Shown: positions 61,452 through 64,000 of the stretch, in pieces
Layout: each line of letters opens with the position of its first letter
Position numbering within the stretch: position 1 is the first letter of the stretch
NCBI GenBank assembly: GCA_038087875.1
Contig: JAXLNO010000385.1
Coordinates: forward strand, 248,001 to 312,000
Length of the DNA stretch: 64,000 nt
From: Malacoraja senta
Taxonomy: Eukaryota
Direction of reading: 5' to 3'
Translations under genes and position numbers: made by a program
Notes under the pieces: model-generated
Databases searched by the model: none
The model's input: the letters and a program-made list of their open reading frames with translations, nothing else
Told to the model about the DNA's origin: nothing

Positions 61452-62223
61452 CAAGGCAGATTATTATCTGAATGGTGTCAAGTTAGGAAAAGGGGAAGTA
61501 CAACGGGATCTGGGGGTCCTTGTTCATCAGTTACTGAAAGTAAGCATGCATGTACAGCAGGCAGTGAAGAAAGCCAATGGCATGTTGGCCTTCATTGGGA
61601 GAGGATTTGAGTATAGGAGCAAAGAGGTCCTACTGCAGTTGTACAGGGCCCTAGTGAGACCGCACCTGGAGTATTGTGTACAGTTTTGGTCTCCTAATTT
61701 GAGGAAGGACATCCTTGTGATTGAGGCAGTGCAGCGTAGATTCACAAGATTGATCCCTGGGATGGCGGGACTGTCATATGAGAAAGATTGAAAAGACTAG
61801 GCTTGTATTCACTGGAATTTAGAAGGATGAGGGGGGGTTCTTATAGAAACATAAAATTATAAAAGGACTGGACAAGCTAGATGCAGGAAAAATGTTCCCA
61901 ATGGTGGGCGAGTCCAGAACCAGGGGCCAGTGTCTTAGAATAAAGGGGAGGTCATTTAAGTCTGAGGTGAGAAAAAAACTTTTCACCCAGAGAGTTGTGA
62001 ATTTATGGAATTCCCTGCCACAGAGGGCAGTGGAGGCCAAATCACTGGATGGATTTATGAGAGAGTTAGATAGAGCTCTAGGGGCTAGTGGAGTCAAGGG
62101 ATATGGGGAGAAGGCAGGCACGGGTTATTGATAGGGGACGATCAGCCATGATCACAATGAATGGCGGTGCTGGCTCGAAGGGCCGAATGGCCTCCTCCTG
62201 CACCTGTTGTCTATGTTTCTATG
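61452..62223 (+). mobile_element. CR1 LINE 3' fragment
   Basis: ORFs 61546-61791 and 61892-62131, with a tail at about 62210. Confidence 0.9.
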
Positions 62224-63235
62224 ATCCAGGCAGCAAACGGTCGATGGTCGCACCACCGTACCCGCGTGTCCTGGGAGGGAAGTCGCGGTGTCCACGGGGT
62301 ATCTGGAAGCATTCCCTGAACGCCGGTCGCGGCGGGGGAGGGGGGTCGGGAGCATTGTAGATAAAGACGCCATTATTGTATAACTAGACTAAGCCTTCTA
62401 GACGATGTTGGCCTTGGGCCGGGGATCTCTGGAGCAGAGTTCCCACCAAAGATCCCACCGCGAGCAAGATAGTGCACTCGACAAAAAAGACGTCGTGCGG
62501 TCATGGGCAGATCCATGGGTGATTTTCGGCCCCATTTCCGTAACCGGCTTCCGTCTCCGCACCAAAGATCCCATCAAAGTGGAGCAAAGATAACTAGTGT
62601 GGAGACGGAAGCCGGTTTACGGAAACATCCTCGTAAACATAAAAGTTCTTTGGTGAAAAATCTTCTCATTTTCAGAATTATAATTTATTAACACAAACTG
62701 CTCTCCCGCAACGTTGATTACACTGCGGGTCGGGTCGGGTCGGGTTACGGAAATGGATGAAAAAAAAGGCCCGCGTTCCGCTCCGTTGCGTACTACCCGT
62801 CAGCCCATTGCATTTTGCAGGAGTGGTCTATCTTGCTCCGCTATAGAAACTTTGGTTCCGACCGCCAGCCGCGGCCTACCTCATCTGGAAGCCGCGGTCT
62901 CCGTAGGAAGCGCCGATTCGGAGGTTTGTGGTCCCGACCACGGGGGGAAAATGGAGGAGGACGGACTGTACTCTGTGTCTTCCACCACAGTGAATAATGT
63001 CCGAGACACTACATTAGGCTTGTCTTGGCGGAAAAAACAGATCAATTCCCGTTACTGAATTTTTACAATAACAGAATGGTTAAACACAAATTTAAATCTA
63101 AATCCAATGCCAGGATTGGGGGGGGGGGGGGGAGGGGAAGCTATATCTCCATTTCTTCTTTTCTTATTTACTTTTCTTTCTCCTGCACTGCCTCGGCAGC
63201 TTAGGGGTCTTTTTCCCGCTCTTTTCTACTTTATC

Positions 63236-64000
63236 TAGATATGTTACAAAACTTACCTTCAGTCGCGTTGTAATTCTGCCACTGGCCGTGTGCGCGATTT
63301 TGGCGCCTTTAAGGGGGGGGCGGGGTTAAAACGCGGTTTCTCCTCCCTTGTCCTGAATTATATTTCGTTGGAGTACAAGCGTTTGCTGACAAATCGTTCC
63401 TAGCGGCGTTTTGTGAATTTTTTATTTTTATTAAATTGTCAATGTCAGCGCTAGAGTAATTTTAAAAGCAGCTCCTGAAACGTCAACGCCGATAACGGGG
63501 ACGGATTTCACACACGGGACAGGTAAACAAAAGTGGTTTCTTTAAATGTATAAAAGTGCTTCTTAAGAAGCCTTTAATTCAAATTTTTTCATGCGACACT
63601 GATTTTATTCCCCGATCTAACGGCAGTATTTTTCATGCCAATACGGGGTTAAATTCACCGCAAATGAACGTTACAAAAGATCGCGTTCCAGAAATCCTCA
63701 CTCACAAGATGATTTAAATACCCATTAATTTACAGGTATTAAACATTCAATTCCTTCCATTTGGCTATAAATTCATGAAAATGAGATTTAAAAATTATGT
63801 TATATTGTGAATTATTGTGTGAATGTTATTTGGACACAGGCTATTTAAAATGTTAATCTATTCTTAAGAAATTGATAGATGTTTAGATCTAGTAATTGAA
63901 TTTTGTAAATAGCTACAATTAGGTAACTATCTAATTATATGCTTTACTTTCATGTCTTCTAAGTAAGATTGTTTCATATTTGTTTCAGAATGCTTCAATC
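63236..64000 (+). mobile_element. TIR DNA transposon copy (mirror of 51193-52222)
   Basis: Starts TAGATATGTTACAAAACTTACCTTCAG. Confidence 0.72.

Larger units (their letters stand above)
59258..64000 (-). repeat. Right arm of the large inverted duplication, running off the window end
   Basis: Position 64000 maps to 51461 and 59258 maps to about 56250. Confidence 0.92.

Overview
This is repeat-dense eukaryotic DNA, most likely from a cartilaginous fish such as a skate or ray. That assignment is inferred from HE1-like SINEs, abundant CR1/HER1-type LINEs and a GPR139-like receptor type. The only host genes I can support are two tandem, two-exon class A GPCRs of the GPR139/GPR142-related type. 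They sit in a ~7.3-7.5 kb segmental duplication (427-7891 and 22716-29964). Copy 1 is intact (2834-2903 + 4394-5298, 324 aa); copy 2 has a 1-bp frameshift at 27091/27092. Their amino-acid differences cluster on the extracellular face, as in diversifying sensory receptors. Each unit is followed by a (TCTA/GATA)n array (1.5+ kb and ~7.6 kb), and the pair is bracketed by two outward-facing Helitron-like heads. Also present are a decayed endogenous retrovirus (LTR start, integrase, atypical env, PPT, LTR start; 19141-22445), a solo LTR, Penelope fragments and ~11 hammerhead-ribozyme motifs. The rest includes TIR transposons, a CpG-island promoter-like repeat, a 2.5-kb direct duplication, a >=4.7-kb-arm inverted duplication and two assembly gaps. 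All alignments and counts were done by eye.
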